Assembly: GCF_037042905.1 (NCBI RefSeq)
Contig: NC_087246.1
Location: 3,474,001 to 3,538,000 of the forward strand
Direction of reading: 5' to 3'
Source of the DNA: Lytechinus pictus
Lineage: Eukaryota
DNA length: 64,000 nucleotides
Shown here: positions 63,881-64,000 of the stretch, in pieces
Numbering within the stretch: position 1 is the stretch's first letter
Layout of the letters: each line of letters starts with the position of its first letter
The notes under the pieces: model-generated
Told to the model about the DNA's origin: nothing
The model's input: only the letters and a program-made list of their open reading frames with translations
Database searches by the model: none
Translations under genes and position numbers: made by a program

Positions 63881-64000
63881 AAATGGTTAGCTATATGAAA
63901 ACGGTGGCCAATTCAGGTGATGAAGATTTATCAGTAGAAGAAAGGAACCTTCTGTCAGTAGCTTACAAGAATGTAATAGGAGCAAGACGTGCCTCATGGC
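63881..64000 (+). CDS. YWHAE: 14-3-3 epsilon-like exon 2, truncated by window end
   Basis: tttcttttgcag acceptor; (E)[49 protein letters not shown] is epsilon-type. Confidence 0.95.

Overview
AT-rich, intron- and repeat-rich animal genomic DNA. The transposon and SINE repertoire suggests an echinoderm such as a sea urchin; this is inference and cannot be confirmed from the window. Two host genes lie on the + strand. (1) GGNBP2/ZNF403: 12 coding exons from 1413 to the stop at 20223, all GT-AG and phase-consistent; the first coding exon lies upstream of the window. (2) A 14-3-3 epsilon-like gene: canonical first coding exon 42369-42456, a ~21.4 kb intron, and exon 2 from 63881 running off the window end. 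A second, divergent 14-3-3 first exon sits at 31902-32022, with a strong Kozak ATG, the same phase-1 donor and a rewritten dimerisation helix. It is followed by a possible eroded exon-2 copy at 33773-33860. The rest is nested non-autonomous DNA transposons (Kolobok-type, hAT, Tc1/pogo, Harbinger, EnSpm-type, Helentron-type), two tRNA-derived SINEs, a LINE tail and satellites. Notable elements are a two-gene Harbinger relic in a GGNBP2 intron and a ~4 kb AcademH-like insertion. That insertion has a 9-10 bp TSD, a RecQ helicase fragment, and ends that each form their own hairpin with only a weak TIR.
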